Shown one piece after another: positions 10,942-20,834 of a stretch of DNA of 64,000 nucleotides. The stretch is from an uncultured Pelagibacteraceae bacterium (GTDB taxonomy: Bacteria; Pseudomonadota; Alphaproteobacteria; Pelagibacterales; Pelagibacteraceae). Numbering within the stretch: position 1 is the stretch's first letter; every line of letters begins with the position of its first letter. A program made the position numbers and the translations under genes. The stretch lies in NCBI GenBank assembly GCA_902585665.1, contig CACIEO010000004.1:22828-86827 (forward strand), in the 5' to 3' direction. The notes beneath the pieces were generated by a model. The model searched no databases, had not been told where the DNA came from, and saw only the letters and a program-made list of their open reading frames with translations.

Positions 10942-11226
10942 ATGCTTAAAACTTTAGAAGATTTAATTAAAATAATAAGAGAGAGAAAATCCTCATCAGA
11001 TGATAACTCCTACACATCAAAATTACTTAAAGATAAATCTTTATCTTTGGGTAAGGTCAAAGAGGAGATTGGTGAACTTATAGAGGCTGTAGAAAATAAT
11101 TCAAATAAAGTTCACGAGGCAGCTGATGTTCTTTATCATTTATTAGTTTATCTAGAAGGAAATGGCGTCCGTATTGAGGATATCATGAATGAATTAGAAA
11201 AAAGGAAGAAAAAAAAAGAGTCTTAA
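10942..11226 (+). CDS. hisE: Phosphoribosyl-ATP pyrophosphatase
   Basis: SYT, KVKEE, EAADVLYH. Confidence 0.95.
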   Translation: MLKTLEDLIKIIRERKSSSDDNSYTSKLLKDKSLSLGKVKEEIGELIEAVENNSNKVHEAADVLYHLLVYLEGNGVRIEDIMNELEKRKKKKES

Positions 11227-11270
11227 AAAGACAAAATTAGTGTTAGCCTTCCAAAAAATTAAATTCATTT

Positions 11271-12209
11271 ATGAGCCACAAGTTTTATAAACCTGCAAGG
11301 TCAAGACTTCAGAGAAGTGAATTAGCAGTTCCAGGTTCGTCGCCGAAAATGTTTGAAAAGGCTTTAAATTCTGATGCAGATTATGTCTTCTTAGATTTAG
11401 AAGATGCAGTTTCTCCAAATGATAAAGTTGCAGCGAGAGCAAATGTTGTTAAAGCTTTAAATGAAATTAATTGGCGAGATAAAGGAAAAACTATTTCAGT
11501 AAGAATTAACAGTTTGGATACTCATTACATGTATAGCGATTTAGTTGAGCTTGTTGAGCAAGCAGGGAAAAATATTGATACAATACTTGTTCCAAAAGCA
11601 GGAACAGCAAGTGATGTTTACATGGTAGATTGTTTGCTAACTCAAATAGAAACAAACAAAAAAATTGAAAATAAAATTGGAATAGAGTGTTTAATTGAAA
11701 CTGCTTTAGGTATGTCCAATATAAAAGAAATTGCAAAATCAAGCGAAAGGTTAGAGGCGTTACATTTTGGTGTAGCTGACTATGCTGCAAGTCTTAGAGC
11801 AAGAACTGTTGTGATAGGCGGACTAAATCCAGATTATCCGGGAGACCAATGGCATCACGGATTATCAGAATTAGTTATGACATGCAGAGCATATGGGCTT
11901 AGAGCGATAGACGGACCTTTTGGAGATTTCAATGATCCAGATGCATATATTGCTTCAGCAAAAAGAGCTGCTGCTATCGGTATAGAAGGTAAATGGGCAA
12001 TACATCCGTCTCAAATAGATTTAGCAAATAAAGTTTTTTCACCACCAGAAGCTGAAGTTAAAAAAGCAAAAAGGATTTTAGAAGAATTAGATAAAGCAGC
12101 AAAAGAGGGAAAAGGCGCGGCACAACTAGATGGAAGAATGATAGATGCAGCATCTGCACGGATGGCAGAAAATATTGTAAATATAAATAAAAAAATAGAG
12201 GATAAATAA
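11271..12209 (+). CDS. mcl: Malyl-CoA lyase (CitE/HpcH family)
   Basis: RLQRSELAVPGS, FLDLEDAV, LHFGVADYAAS, DQWH, DGPFGDF, GKWAIHP closely match MclA of serine-cycle bacteria; adjacent to mtkAB. Confidence 0.88.
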   Translation: MSHKFYKPARSRLQRSELAVPGSSPKMFEKALNSDADYVFLDLEDAVSPNDKVAARANVVKALNEINWRDKGKTISVRINSLDTHYMYSDLVELVEQAGKNIDTILVPKAGTASDVYMVDCLLTQIETNKKIENKIGIECLIETALGMSNIKEIAKSSERLEALHFGVADYAASLRARTVVIGGLNPDYPGDQWHHGLSELVMTCRAYGLRAIDGPFGDFNDPDAYIASAKRAAAIGIEGKWAIHPSQIDLANKVFSPPEAEVKKAKRILEELDKAAKEGKGAAQLDGRMIDAASARMAENIVNINKKIEDK

Positions 12210-12210
12210 A

Positions 12211-13374
12211 ATGGATATTCATGAGTACCAAGCAAAAAAAATTCTCGCAGGATTTGGAGTTGCAGTACCAAGAGGCGGGATAGTTTACAGTCCAGAAAAT
12301 GCAGAAAATAAAGCAAGAGAACTTGGAGGATCTAAGTGGGTTGTAAAAGCACAAATTCATTCAGGAGCAAGAGGAAAAGCTGGGGGGATAATTGTCTGTA
12401 AAACAGAATTAGAAGTTGCACAAGCTACAGATAAACTTTTAGGAAAAAAACTAGTAACTAACCAAACTGGACCTGAAGGAAAAATTGTTAATAGAGTTTA
12501 TATTGAGGAAGCAACCGATATTAAAAAAGAATTATACCTTGGACTTGTTTTTGATAGAAGCTCAGAGTCTATAATGGTAGTAGCTTCCACTGAGGGAGGC
12601 ATGAGTGTTGAGGAAATTTCAAAACAAAAACCAGAAACAATTATTAGATCAAAAATTGAGGTGGCCGTTGGTATGCAACAATTTCAAGCAAGAGAAATTG
12701 CTTTTGGTCTTGGAATTGAACCAAAGCTTATCTCTAGAATGGCTGAGGCAATTACTGGTTGTTACCGAGCATTTAGCGAATTAGATGCAACTATGGTTGA
12801 GGTAAATCCACTCGTAATTTCAAACCAAGAACAAATTTTAGCTTTGGATTGTAAAATGAGCTTTGATAATAATGCGTTATTTAGAAGAAACCAAATTTCA
12901 GAATTAAGAGATAAAACTCAAGAAAATGCTAGTGAGGTTTATGCATCTGATAGAGGTCTTAACTACGTAAGTTTAGATGGGAATATAGGTAATATTATTA
13001 ATGGTGCTGGTTTAGCTATGGCTTCAATGGATATGATAAAATTAGCTGGGGGAGAACCGGCTAATTTCTTAGATGTTGGTGGAGGCGCAACACCTGAAAA
13101 GATTGTGAAGGCATTCAAGCTAATTTCAATGGATAAAAAAGTAAAAGTAATCCTGGTCAATATTTTTGCTGGAATAAATAGATGTGATTGGGTGGCAGAG
13201 GGAATAGTTCAAGCACTTCAAAAAATAGAAATAAAAGTACCATTAGTTATTCGGCTTGCAGGTACAAATGTAGAAAAGGGCAATCAAATATTAAAAGAAA
13301 GTAAAATTAATTATATCGAAGCCAATACTTTGGAGGATGCAGCAAACAAAGCGGTAAAAGCGTTAGGAAAATAG
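12211..13374 (+). CDS. mtkA: Malate--CoA ligase (malate thiokinase) beta subunit
   Basis: SucC fold with HSGARGKAGG and NIFAGINRCDWVAEG (SucC has NIFGGI.RCD). Confidence 0.88.
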   Translation: MDIHEYQAKKILAGFGVAVPRGGIVYSPENAENKARELGGSKWVVKAQIHSGARGKAGGIIVCKTELEVAQATDKLLGKKLVTNQTGPEGKIVNRVYIEEATDIKKELYLGLVFDRSSESIMVVASTEGGMSVEEISKQKPETIIRSKIEVAVGMQQFQAREIAFGLGIEPKLISRMAEAITGCYRAFSELDATMVEVNPLVISNQEQILALDCKMSFDNNALFRRNQISELRDKTQENASEVYASDRGLNYVSLDGNIGNIINGAGLAMASMDMIKLAGGEPANFLDVGGGATPEKIVKAFKLISMDKKVKVILVNIFAGINRCDWVAEGIVQALQKIEIKVPLVIRLAGTNVEKGNQILKESKINYIEANTLEDAANKAVKALGK

Positions 13375-14262
13375 ATGTCAGTATTAATTGATGAAAGTAC
13401 AAAAATATTAATTCAAGGTTTTACAGGAAAAATGGGAACATTCCATGCTGAGGAAATGATAAAGTATGGCTCGAAAGTGGTTGGTGGTGTTACTCCCGGC
13501 AAAGGAGGATCAAAACATTTAAATTTACCAGTTTTTAATACAGTAAAAGAAGCTGTAGAAACTACAGGAGCATCAGCCTCAATATTATTTGTTCCCCCAG
13601 CTTTTGCAGCGGACTCAGCCATGGAAGCAGCTGATGCTGGCATAAAAACGTGTGTTGCTATCGTTGATGGAATACCATCTCACGATATGATTAGAATTAA
13701 AAGATACATGAGGAGATATTCAAGAGTTCAAAAAATGACTTTGGTTGGACCTAACTGTGCAGGAGTAATAAGCCCAGGTAAAGCAATGCTTGGAATAATG
13801 CCAGGACATATCTACAAAGAAGGAAAGGTTGGCATTATTGGAAGATCAGGAACTCTTGGATATGAAGCAGCCCAACAAATGAAAAATTTAGGAATTGGAA
13901 TTTCAACAAGTGTTGGAATTGGAGGAGATCCAATTAACGGAAGTTCTTTTAAAGATATTTTAGAAAAATTTGAAGAAGATAAAGAAACCGACGCAGTTTT
14001 AATGATTGGTGAAATTGGTGGACCACAAGAAGTTGCAGCTGGAAAGTTTGCAAAAGAAAATATGAAAAAACCTGTGATAGCTTACATTGCTGGATTAACA
14101 GCTCCAAAAGGTAGAGTTATGGGGCATGCAGGTGCTATAGTTTCAGCATATGGAGAAAGTGCTGTCGAAAAAGTGGAACTTTTAAAAGAGTGTGGGGTTA
14201 CAATTTCTAAAAACCCCTCAGTTATGGGGGAAACTGTAAAATCAGTATTAATTAAAAAATAG
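13375..14262 (+). CDS. mtkB: Malate--CoA ligase alpha subunit (SucD-like)
   Basis: GVTPGKGG, GPNCAG, GRSGTLGYE, MGHAGA phospho-His; follows mtkA. Confidence 0.85.
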   Translation: MSVLIDESTKILIQGFTGKMGTFHAEEMIKYGSKVVGGVTPGKGGSKHLNLPVFNTVKEAVETTGASASILFVPPAFAADSAMEAADAGIKTCVAIVDGIPSHDMIRIKRYMRRYSRVQKMTLVGPNCAGVISPGKAMLGIMPGHIYKEGKVGIIGRSGTLGYEAAQQMKNLGIGISTSVGIGGDPINGSSFKDILEKFEEDKETDAVLMIGEIGGPQEVAAGKFAKENMKKPVIAYIAGLTAPKGRVMGHAGAIVSAYGESAVEKVELLKECGVTISKNPSVMGETVKSVLIKK

Positions 14263-14263
14263 A

Positions 14264-14608
14264 ATGAGCATATTTAGGATCATTACTTTTTTAGTTTTAG
14301 GTTTCATTGTTTATAAAGTTTTTGTTGCAGTTAAAGATTTTGAAGTAGGTCTCGATAAAAGGGTAGAGAAAGTTGAAGCATTGGGCTTAGGTAAAGAAGA
14401 TGAAGTAATTGGTTTAATGATGTACCTAGGAGACCCAGAAGATCTTGAATTAGTTGAACATTTATTGGTAAAAAATAGATCAAAATGTTTAGAAATGAAA
14501 AATAATGCAGAAGAGGTCTCAAATGCATACTATGAATGTGCTAGATTAAACGCTATTGTTAAAGATGGAAAAATTATTTCTGTAATAAAGGAACTTGAAG
14601 TTTTATAA
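14264..14608 (+). CDS. Hypothetical membrane-anchored protein with Cys pair
   Basis: N-terminal TM helix, soluble domain with two Cys; coupled to neighbours. Confidence 0.7.
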   Translation: MSIFRIITFLVLGFIVYKVFVAVKDFEVGLDKRVEKVEALGLGKEDEVIGLMMYLGDPEDLELVEHLLVKNRSKCLEMKNNAEEVSNAYYECARLNAIVKDGKIISVIKELEVL

Positions 14609-14973
14609 TGAGCTACGATGAAAATAATATATTTGCTAAAATTTTAAGAGGAGAAATACCTTGCAAGAAAATATATGAAGATGAGTTTGTACTATCCTTT
14701 TATGACATAAATCCACAAAAAAAAATTCATGCCTTAGTTATTCCGAAGGGAAAATATATTGATTTAGACGATTTTTGTAAAAACGCATCGTCAAATGAAA
14801 TGGTGGGTGTGTTTAAAGGTATAGAAGCAGTTGCAAAAAAACTAAGTATTTCAAATGACAAAGGCAAAGGCTATAGAGCTTTGACAAACATCGGTAGAGA
14901 TGGGGGTCAAGAGGTACCTCATCTTCATTTTCATTTGTTTGGTGGTGAAAAAATAGGTAAAATGGTCGAGTGA
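14608..14973 (+). CDS. HIT (HinT-like) nucleotide-binding protein
   Basis: NIFAKIL and QEVPHLHFH histidine triad. Confidence 0.95.
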   Translation: MSYDENNIFAKILRGEIPCKKIYEDEFVLSFYDINPQKKIHALVIPKGKYIDLDDFCKNASSNEMVGVFKGIEAVAKKLSISNDKGKGYRALTNIGRDGGQEVPHLHFHLFGGEKIGKMVE

Positions 14974-15473
14974 CTCAAACAATAGACAGATATTTTCTAG
15001 ATATAAGTTCAATTAATAATTTAAATTTAAAATCAAAACCTTCAGATAAGTATTTATTAAATAAAGAAAGTAAAAATAATTTCGATCTTAATAAATTTTT
15101 TTATAAACAAATTGGTAAAAAACACCAGTGGACCGATAGGCTGATTTGGCAAGATAAAAATTGGATTGACTATGTATCAAATGAAAAAGTAGAAACCTAT
15201 ATTTTACGAACCGAGGATGATTTAATAGGGTATTTTGAACTAATTTTTGAAGGAAATAATTGTGAGTTAGCATACCTTGGTATTCTTGAGGAATATATTG
15301 GTAAAGGTTTGGGGGGATTTTTACTTTCTGAGGCATTGAAGATTGGACTCCGAAAAAGCAAAAGAGTTTGGGTTCACACTTGTTCATTAGACCATCCAAA
15401 TGCTATTGAAAACTACAAATTACGCGGCATGAAAATATTTAAAACTGAAACACTAAGAAGAAAAGTAATCTAA
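14970..15473 (+). CDS. GNAT family N-acetyltransferase
   Basis: YIGKGLG acetyl-CoA motif, WVHTCSLDHP. Confidence 0.88.
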   Translation: MTQTIDRYFLDISSINNLNLKSKPSDKYLLNKESKNNFDLNKFFYKQIGKKHQWTDRLIWQDKNWIDYVSNEKVETYILRTEDDLIGYFELIFEGNNCELAYLGILEEYIGKGLGGFLLSEALKIGLRKSKRVWVHTCSLDHPNAIENYKLRGMKIFKTETLRRKVI

Positions 15474-15482
15474 AGGAAAAGT

Positions 15483-16325
15483 TTGATTATTTGGATAGCT
15501 TCATACCCAAAGAGTGGAAATACTTGGATTAGATCGATTATTTCATCATATTTTTTTTCAGATACTGGAAAATTCAATTTTGATTTATTAGGTAATATTC
15601 CTCAATATCCAAGCTCAAAGTATTTTAAATTTCCTATAAAAAAACCTGGAGAAGTAAGTCTATATTGGAAAAGTACACAAGATGAATTAAGCAAAAACAA
15701 TAAGAATGTTTTTTTAAAAACACATAATGCAATGGTGGCTCTTAACGGAAGAGATTTCACATCTTCGACAAATACTCTTGGCTCCATTTATATAGTTAGA
15801 GATCCAAGAAATATAATTTCTTCAATGAAAAACCATTATGATTTCGATGATTATTCTGAAACGTTTGATTTTATGGTTAATAAAAGAAAATTTATATGGG
15901 ATGAAAGAGAAAACAATAATTATTCGAGCTTTCAGTTTTTAGGATCCTGGTCTGATCACTACAAATCTTGGTTAAAAAATTCTTCGTTTAAAACATTGCT
16001 TGTTAAGTATGAGGATTTAGAAAAAGATTGTTATTCAACATCTCTAAAAATTATTGAATTTATAAATTTTTTAAAAGGTGAAAATGTGAAGGTTGATGAA
16101 AAGAAACTATTTAATTGTATACAAACAACAAATTTTGATATTTTAAAAAAAAAAGAGATCGAAAATGGTTTTCAAGAAAGTATAAAGTATAAAGATAAAA
16201 AAAAAGATTTTTTTTATTTAGGCCCCAAAAATAAATGGCAAGAAAAATTACCTAAAGATATTTTATCAAGGGTAAAAAAAGAGTTTATCGATGATTTAAA
16301 GTATTTTAATTATAGTCTTGACTAG
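15483..16325 (+). CDS. PAPS-dependent sulfotransferase
   Basis: SYPKSGNTW (5'-PSB loop), KTH, YIVRDPRN..SS (3'-PB), KYEDL. Confidence 0.92.
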   Translation: MIIWIASYPKSGNTWIRSIISSYFFSDTGKFNFDLLGNIPQYPSSKYFKFPIKKPGEVSLYWKSTQDELSKNNKNVFLKTHNAMVALNGRDFTSSTNTLGSIYIVRDPRNIISSMKNHYDFDDYSETFDFMVNKRKFIWDERENNNYSSFQFLGSWSDHYKSWLKNSSFKTLLVKYEDLEKDCYSTSLKIIEFINFLKGENVKVDEKKLFNCIQTTNFDILKKKEIENGFQESIKYKDKKKDFFYLGPKNKWQEKLPKDILSRVKKEFIDDLKYFNYSLD

Positions 16326-16872
16326 GAAGTCTAAATTTATTTTTTTCTATATTAACATTTTTCTGTAAATTAAATAAATATGTGATTACTAAATTTTGAT
16401 AAATATCAACATTTTGCCAACCTATGATATCGTAAGTAACTTTATCGAAAAAAATATTTATTTGGTAGTCTCCTTCTAAAAATTTGAAACGAAAGTATTT
16501 TGAATCTATCATTTCACCTTTGTTTTTCCTCATTTTTTCTATCAAAAACTCTTTATCTAATATCAAATTAAATGCAGTTTTTTCTATGGGATATATATAA
16601 TATTGATTATTAGTAAGGTTTTTAATTACTAATTTTTTTCCGTTTGATACCAATATTTTCCTTTTAAAATTTTTGTACTCGCAAAAAATCTTTTTTGGAT
16701 ATTCTATTACACACTGTCCTTGTTCTATTTCTTCGTTAATGTTTTGTTTAAATTCAAATGAAAGATTATTAGTATCTTCAAAGTTTTGAATAATTTTACT
16801 TTTAATTGATGCTAATAAATAATTAGGATGAATAAGATAAATAATGAATAAGATGAATTTTATATATTTCAT
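16306..16872 (-). CDS. lolA: Outer-membrane lipoprotein carrier LolA
   Basis: Signal peptide, FKQ, YPKKIFCEY, LVSNG; follows ftsK. Confidence 0.8.
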   Translation of the reverse strand: MKYIKFILFIIYLIHPNYLLASIKSKIIQNFEDTNNLSFEFKQNINEEIEQGQCVIEYPKKIFCEYKNFKRKILVSNGKKLVIKNLTNNQYYIYPIEKTAFNLILDKEFLIEKMRKNKGEMIDSKYFRFKFLEGDYQINIFFDKVTYDIIGWQNVDIYQNLVITYLFNLQKNVNIEKNKFRLPSQDYN

Positions 16873-18944
16873 TATTTAAGAACATCCCTTTTTCCTACAT
16901 GATTTGCTTTACTTACTATTCCTTCTTCTTCCATCAGATCTATTATTCTCGCTGCTCTGTTATAGCCAATTTGAAGTTTCCTTTGCAAAAAAGATGTTGA
17001 GGCTTTACCCTCAGTCCTAATAATCTCAACTGCATTATTATATAATTCATCTTTGTCATCATTTTTAGTTGAATTATCTGTATTTTTTTCATCTCCAAAA
17101 CTCAATATTTCATCAAAATATTCGGCTTTACCTTGAGATCTTAAAAAATTATTCACTTTCTCTATTTCTTTTTCAGAAACGAATGGGCCATGAATTCTGA
17201 TAATTCTGTTTGCCGAAGTCATATAAAGCATATCACCCTTGCCAAGAAGTTGTTCAGCTCCTTGTTCTCCAAGAATTGTTCTACTATCAATTTTTGAAGT
17301 TACTTGAAAAGATATTCTTGTAGGAAAATTAGCCTTAATTGTTCCTGTTATTACATCTACGCTCGGTCTTTGAGTAGCCATTATAATATGTATTCCTGCT
17401 GCTCGAGCCATTTGAGATAATTTTTGAATATAATTCTCTATTTCCTTGCCAGCAACAAGCATTAAATCTGACATTTCGTCGACTATCACTACAATATAGG
17501 GCATGGGTAAATTATGTTTTTGATTATATCCATCGATATTTCTTACACCCTCTTTAGTCATTAGCCTGTAACGATTTTCCATTTCTTTTACTACCCAACC
17601 CAGAACAGATGCTGCTCTTTTAGGCTCAGTTATAACAGGACACAACAAATGAGGGATGCCTTCATAAGTTGACAGCTCTAACATTTTAGGATCTATCAAT
17701 ATAAACTTACATTTATCTGGCGAATGTTTGTATAATAAAGATAGAATTATTGTATTAATACAAACTGATTTACCTGATCCTGTGGTCCCCGCTACTAAAA
17801 GATGTGGCATGGATGTTAATTCACCAACAATTGGAGATCCTGATATAGATTTACCCAAAGCTATTGGTAACTTAAATTCTTTCTTTTTAAACTCTTTACT
17901 TGAAATTATTTCACTTAAAAAAACATTTTCTCTACTTGAGTTAGGCAACTCTATACCAATAGTGCTACTACCAGGTATCGTTGAAATTCTGGCTGACTCA
18001 GAACTCGTATTTCTTGCAATATCCTCGGACAGGTTGATTATTTTAGATACTTTAATTCCAGCAGCTGGTTCGAACTCATTTAAAGTAACCACTGGTCCGT
18101 GGCTAACTTTTGTAATTTTACCCTCTACTCCAAAATCTAAAAGAATTTTTTCTAAACTTTTTTCATTATAACTGCTTGAAGAGGAAGACTTTTCATTTTT
18201 TGTGTTACTTGGAGTATCTAAAAAATCAATTTGTGGTAACTTAATTTTTATATTATAGGCATCCGAAGGTTTAGAAAAATTTTCAAATGAGAAATTTTCT
18301 TGTTTTAATGGTGATTGGATAAAATTATCGTCTTGTTCATTCTTCTCAGAATTAATAATATGTTGTGTTTTTTGATCTCTCTTCTTTAAGAAATATAAAA
18401 AAATATTATTTAAATTTAATTTAAGGCTGAAAAAAAATAAGCAACTAATAATAAAAATAAATATGTAAAAAAATAATTTTTCATTTAATTTTATAAAACC
18501 TTCGAAGAAAAGATCTAATAAAAAATTTCCTACATAACCACCGTTTCCATTAATACTGAGCCAAAATGAATTAACGTAAAAATATGAAAGAAACACTGAC
18601 CCAACCAAAGAATACAAAATTACTAAAAAAAAACATTCGATAATTACTGTAATTTTTTTTTGAGAAAAAATATTAATACCTACAAATATAAACGTTAATG
18701 GGATCAAAACAGAAACAAGCCCAATACTTTGAAAGAAAAAATCTGATAAAATACTTCCCTTTATACCGATTAGATTGTTAATTTCTTTTTCGTTTGGAAA
18801 AATAAAATTTGGATCATTTGGTGAATATGAAATAAGAGACAACATGAATATTATGCTAAAAACTATTATAATAATTCCAAAAATTTGGATTGCTTTATTA
18901 ATGGTAAAATTAACAATATTGGATAGTTGAATTTTAAATTCCAT
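16872..18944 (-). CDS. ftsK: DNA translocase FtsK
   Basis: N-terminal TMs, PHLLVAGTTGSGKS, ATQRPS, gamma-domain LQRKLQIGYNRAAR. Confidence 0.98.
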   Translation of the reverse strand: MEFKIQLSNIVNFTINKAIQIFGIIIIVFSIIFMLSLISYSPNDPNFIFPNEKEINNLIGIKGSILSDFFFQSIGLVSVLIPLTFIFVGINIFSQKKITVIIECFFLVILYSLVGSVFLSYFYVNSFWLSINGNGGYVGNFLLDLFFEGFIKLNEKLFFYIFIFIISCLFFFSLKLNLNNIFLYFLKKRDQKTQHIINSEKNEQDDNFIQSPLKQENFSFENFSKPSDAYNIKIKLPQIDFLDTPSNTKNEKSSSSSSYNEKSLEKILLDFGVEGKITKVSHGPVVTLNEFEPAAGIKVSKIINLSEDIARNTSSESARISTIPGSSTIGIELPNSSRENVFLSEIISSKEFKKKEFKLPIALGKSISGSPIVGELTSMPHLLVAGTTGSGKSVCINTIILSLLYKHSPDKCKFILIDPKMLELSTYEGIPHLLCPVITEPKRAASVLGWVVKEMENRYRLMTKEGVRNIDGYNQKHNLPMPYIVVIVDEMSDLMLVAGKEIENYIQKLSQMARAAGIHIIMATQRPSVDVITGTIKANFPTRISFQVTSKIDSRTILGEQGAEQLLGKGDMLYMTSANRIIRIHGPFVSEKEIEKVNNFLRSQGKAEYFDEILSFGDEKNTDNSTKNDDKDELYNNAVEIIRTEGKASTSFLQRKLQIGYNRAARIIDLMEEEGIVSKANHVGKRDVLK

Positions 18945-19010
18945 AATATTTTAAACGCCTATTTATCACTTTGTATCATTTAATAATTGTTGTTAAAATT
19001 AAAAAAAAAA

Positions 19011-20096
19011 ATGAATATTTGTTTAATAGGAAATAATCTAACAAGTCTTATTGTATCTAAAATATTAATAAATAACGGTGCAAAAATTGATTTTTTGTCA
19101 TTAAAAGATATGAAATACCGTTTATCAAATAGAACTATTGGTATTTCAAAAAGTAATATTGATTTTATAAATAAAAATATTTGTTCTCTTAATAATTTAA
19201 ACTTTGAAAAAATAAATAGAATAAAAATTTATTCTGATAAAAAGAAGGAGATATTGGACTTTCAAGATAATCAATTTTTATTTTCTATGTTTGAAAGTAA
19301 AAGTTTATACAAATTACTTATTAATTCTTTAAAAAAAAATAGGAAATTCAGATTTAAGTTTATAAATAAAGATTTTTTAGAAAAATGTCTAAATGAAAAG
19401 TCCAAATACGATTTAATAATTAACTGTGAAAAAAATAATTTATTTAATAAAAAATATTTTAACATTAATTTAAAAAAAAATTATGCTAATTCTGCGTATA
19501 CTTTTTTGCTACATCACAACAAAGTGAAAAATTTTATTGCAAGACAAATTTTTACTAATATTGGACCTTTGGCATTTCTTCCTCTAACTAGAACAAGCAC
19601 TTCAGTAGTATTCTCGTATTATGGGTCAGATTCTTTAAAAGAAACATACCTTAAAAATTTAATTGGTAAGTATAATTTTGAATTAAATATTAAAAAATTT
19701 TCAAATTTTGAAAAAGCAAATTTGAAATTTTTTTCAGCAAGAAAATACTACGATAATAACATTCTTATTTTTGGAGACTCTCTTCATCAAATACATCCAT
19801 TAGCTGGACAAGGTTTTAATATGACACTAAGAGATTTAAAAGTACTTTCTTCTCTTATTAAAAGAAATATCAGTTTAGGTTTACCTGTCGATCAATTTGT
19901 ATTAAACGAATTTGAGAAATCTGTTAAATCAAAAAATACATTATTTTCTTTTAGCATAGATGCTATACATAATTTTTTTAAAATTAAAAAATATTTAAAG
20001 AATGATAAATTAGATAATCTTATAAAATTAATAGGAAATAATGAAATTATTAAAAAGAGAATGATTAAAATTGCCGATAAGGGTTTTTTGTCTTGA
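19011..20096 (+). CDS. UbiH/UbiL-like FAD-dependent ubiquinone hydroxylase
   Basis: GPLAFLP, GDSLHQIHPLAGQGFN; start moved to the ATG at 19011. Confidence 0.8.
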   Translation: MNICLIGNNLTSLIVSKILINNGAKIDFLSLKDMKYRLSNRTIGISKSNIDFINKNICSLNNLNFEKINRIKIYSDKKKEILDFQDNQFLFSMFESKSLYKLLINSLKKNRKFRFKFINKDFLEKCLNEKSKYDLIINCEKNNLFNKKYFNINLKKNYANSAYTFLLHHNKVKNFIARQIFTNIGPLAFLPLTRTSTSVVFSYYGSDSLKETYLKNLIGKYNFELNIKKFSNFEKANLKFFSARKYYDNNILIFGDSLHQIHPLAGQGFNMTLRDLKVLSSLIKRNISLGLPVDQFVLNEFEKSVKSKNTLFSFSIDAIHNFFKIKKYLKNDKLDNLIKLIGNNEIIKKRMIKIADKGFLS

Positions 20097-20103
20097 AAAT
20101 TGC

Positions 20104-20748
20104 TTATTGCAAAGTTTTATTTTGGAAATTGTCATGAATATAAGTTTTTATTATTTCTTCTAATCGCAACCTCCTTGTATGTAAATCTTTTGTTTCAAGC
20201 AAAATTTGTTTCTCTTCCAAAGAAAACGGAGAAGCCATTGATAAAGTATTTAATGTACTTGCTAAATCATTTTTTTTTAAATCAGACCAATCTACCATAT
20301 AACCTTGCTTTTCAAATAAATTTTTCAAATCTGAAAAAATTTTGTCTAAATCTTTATTGATTAAAGTTTCGTCTCTGTTAGCTTGATCATATAAATAATC
20401 TTGGTAACTTACCTTACACAATCTATAAAGTTTTTCTGAATTTATCTCCTCTTTTATGTTGAACCTAGTTACACCATTAATTATTATCAAATATCTGCCA
20501 TCCTCAGTTTCATTAAAGCTAGTAATTTTACCAATACATCCAACTTGATATAAATCAGGTTTTTTTAATTCGCCACTTCTTTTAGGCTGTATCATTCCAA
20601 TTAATCTGTGTGATTTCATACTATCGTCAATCATTTGAATATATCTTGGTTCGAATATATTTAGAGGAACTGTAGTTTTTGGAAAAATAATAAAATTTGA
20701 TAGCGGAAATATAGGGATAATTTCAGGAAGATTGTTATCTTTTTTCAT
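20104..20748 (-). CDS. LON peptidase substrate-binding domain protein
   Basis: PIFPL, LNIFEPRY, DGRY, EKQ.LLE. Confidence 0.92.
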   Translation of the reverse strand: MKKDNNLPEIIPIFPLSNFIIFPKTTVPLNIFEPRYIQMIDDSMKSHRLIGMIQPKRSGELKKPDLYQVGCIGKITSFNETEDGRYLIIINGVTRFNIKEEINSEKLYRLCKVSYQDYLYDQANRDETLINKDLDKIFSDLKNLFEKQGYMVDWSDLKKNDLASTLNTLSMASPFSLEEKQILLETKDLHTRRLRLEEIIKTYIHDNFQNKTLQ

Positions 20749-20834
20749 TTTAAAATATAATTTAACAAATTATAATTTTAAACTCCATTTATATTTTGTA
20801 AAATTATTTTGAATCTTTATGTTTTTATTACCTC

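Noticed and set aside
12211-14262. Calling these genes sucCD
   Set aside because: The NIFAGINRCDW signature, the adjacent malyl-CoA lyase and the absence of mdh/sucAB neighbours favour malate thiokinase.
11271-14262. Complete serine-cycle methylotrophy island
   Set aside because: No sga, gck, ppc, mtdA/fch or C1-oxidation genes nearby; cannot be supported from this window.
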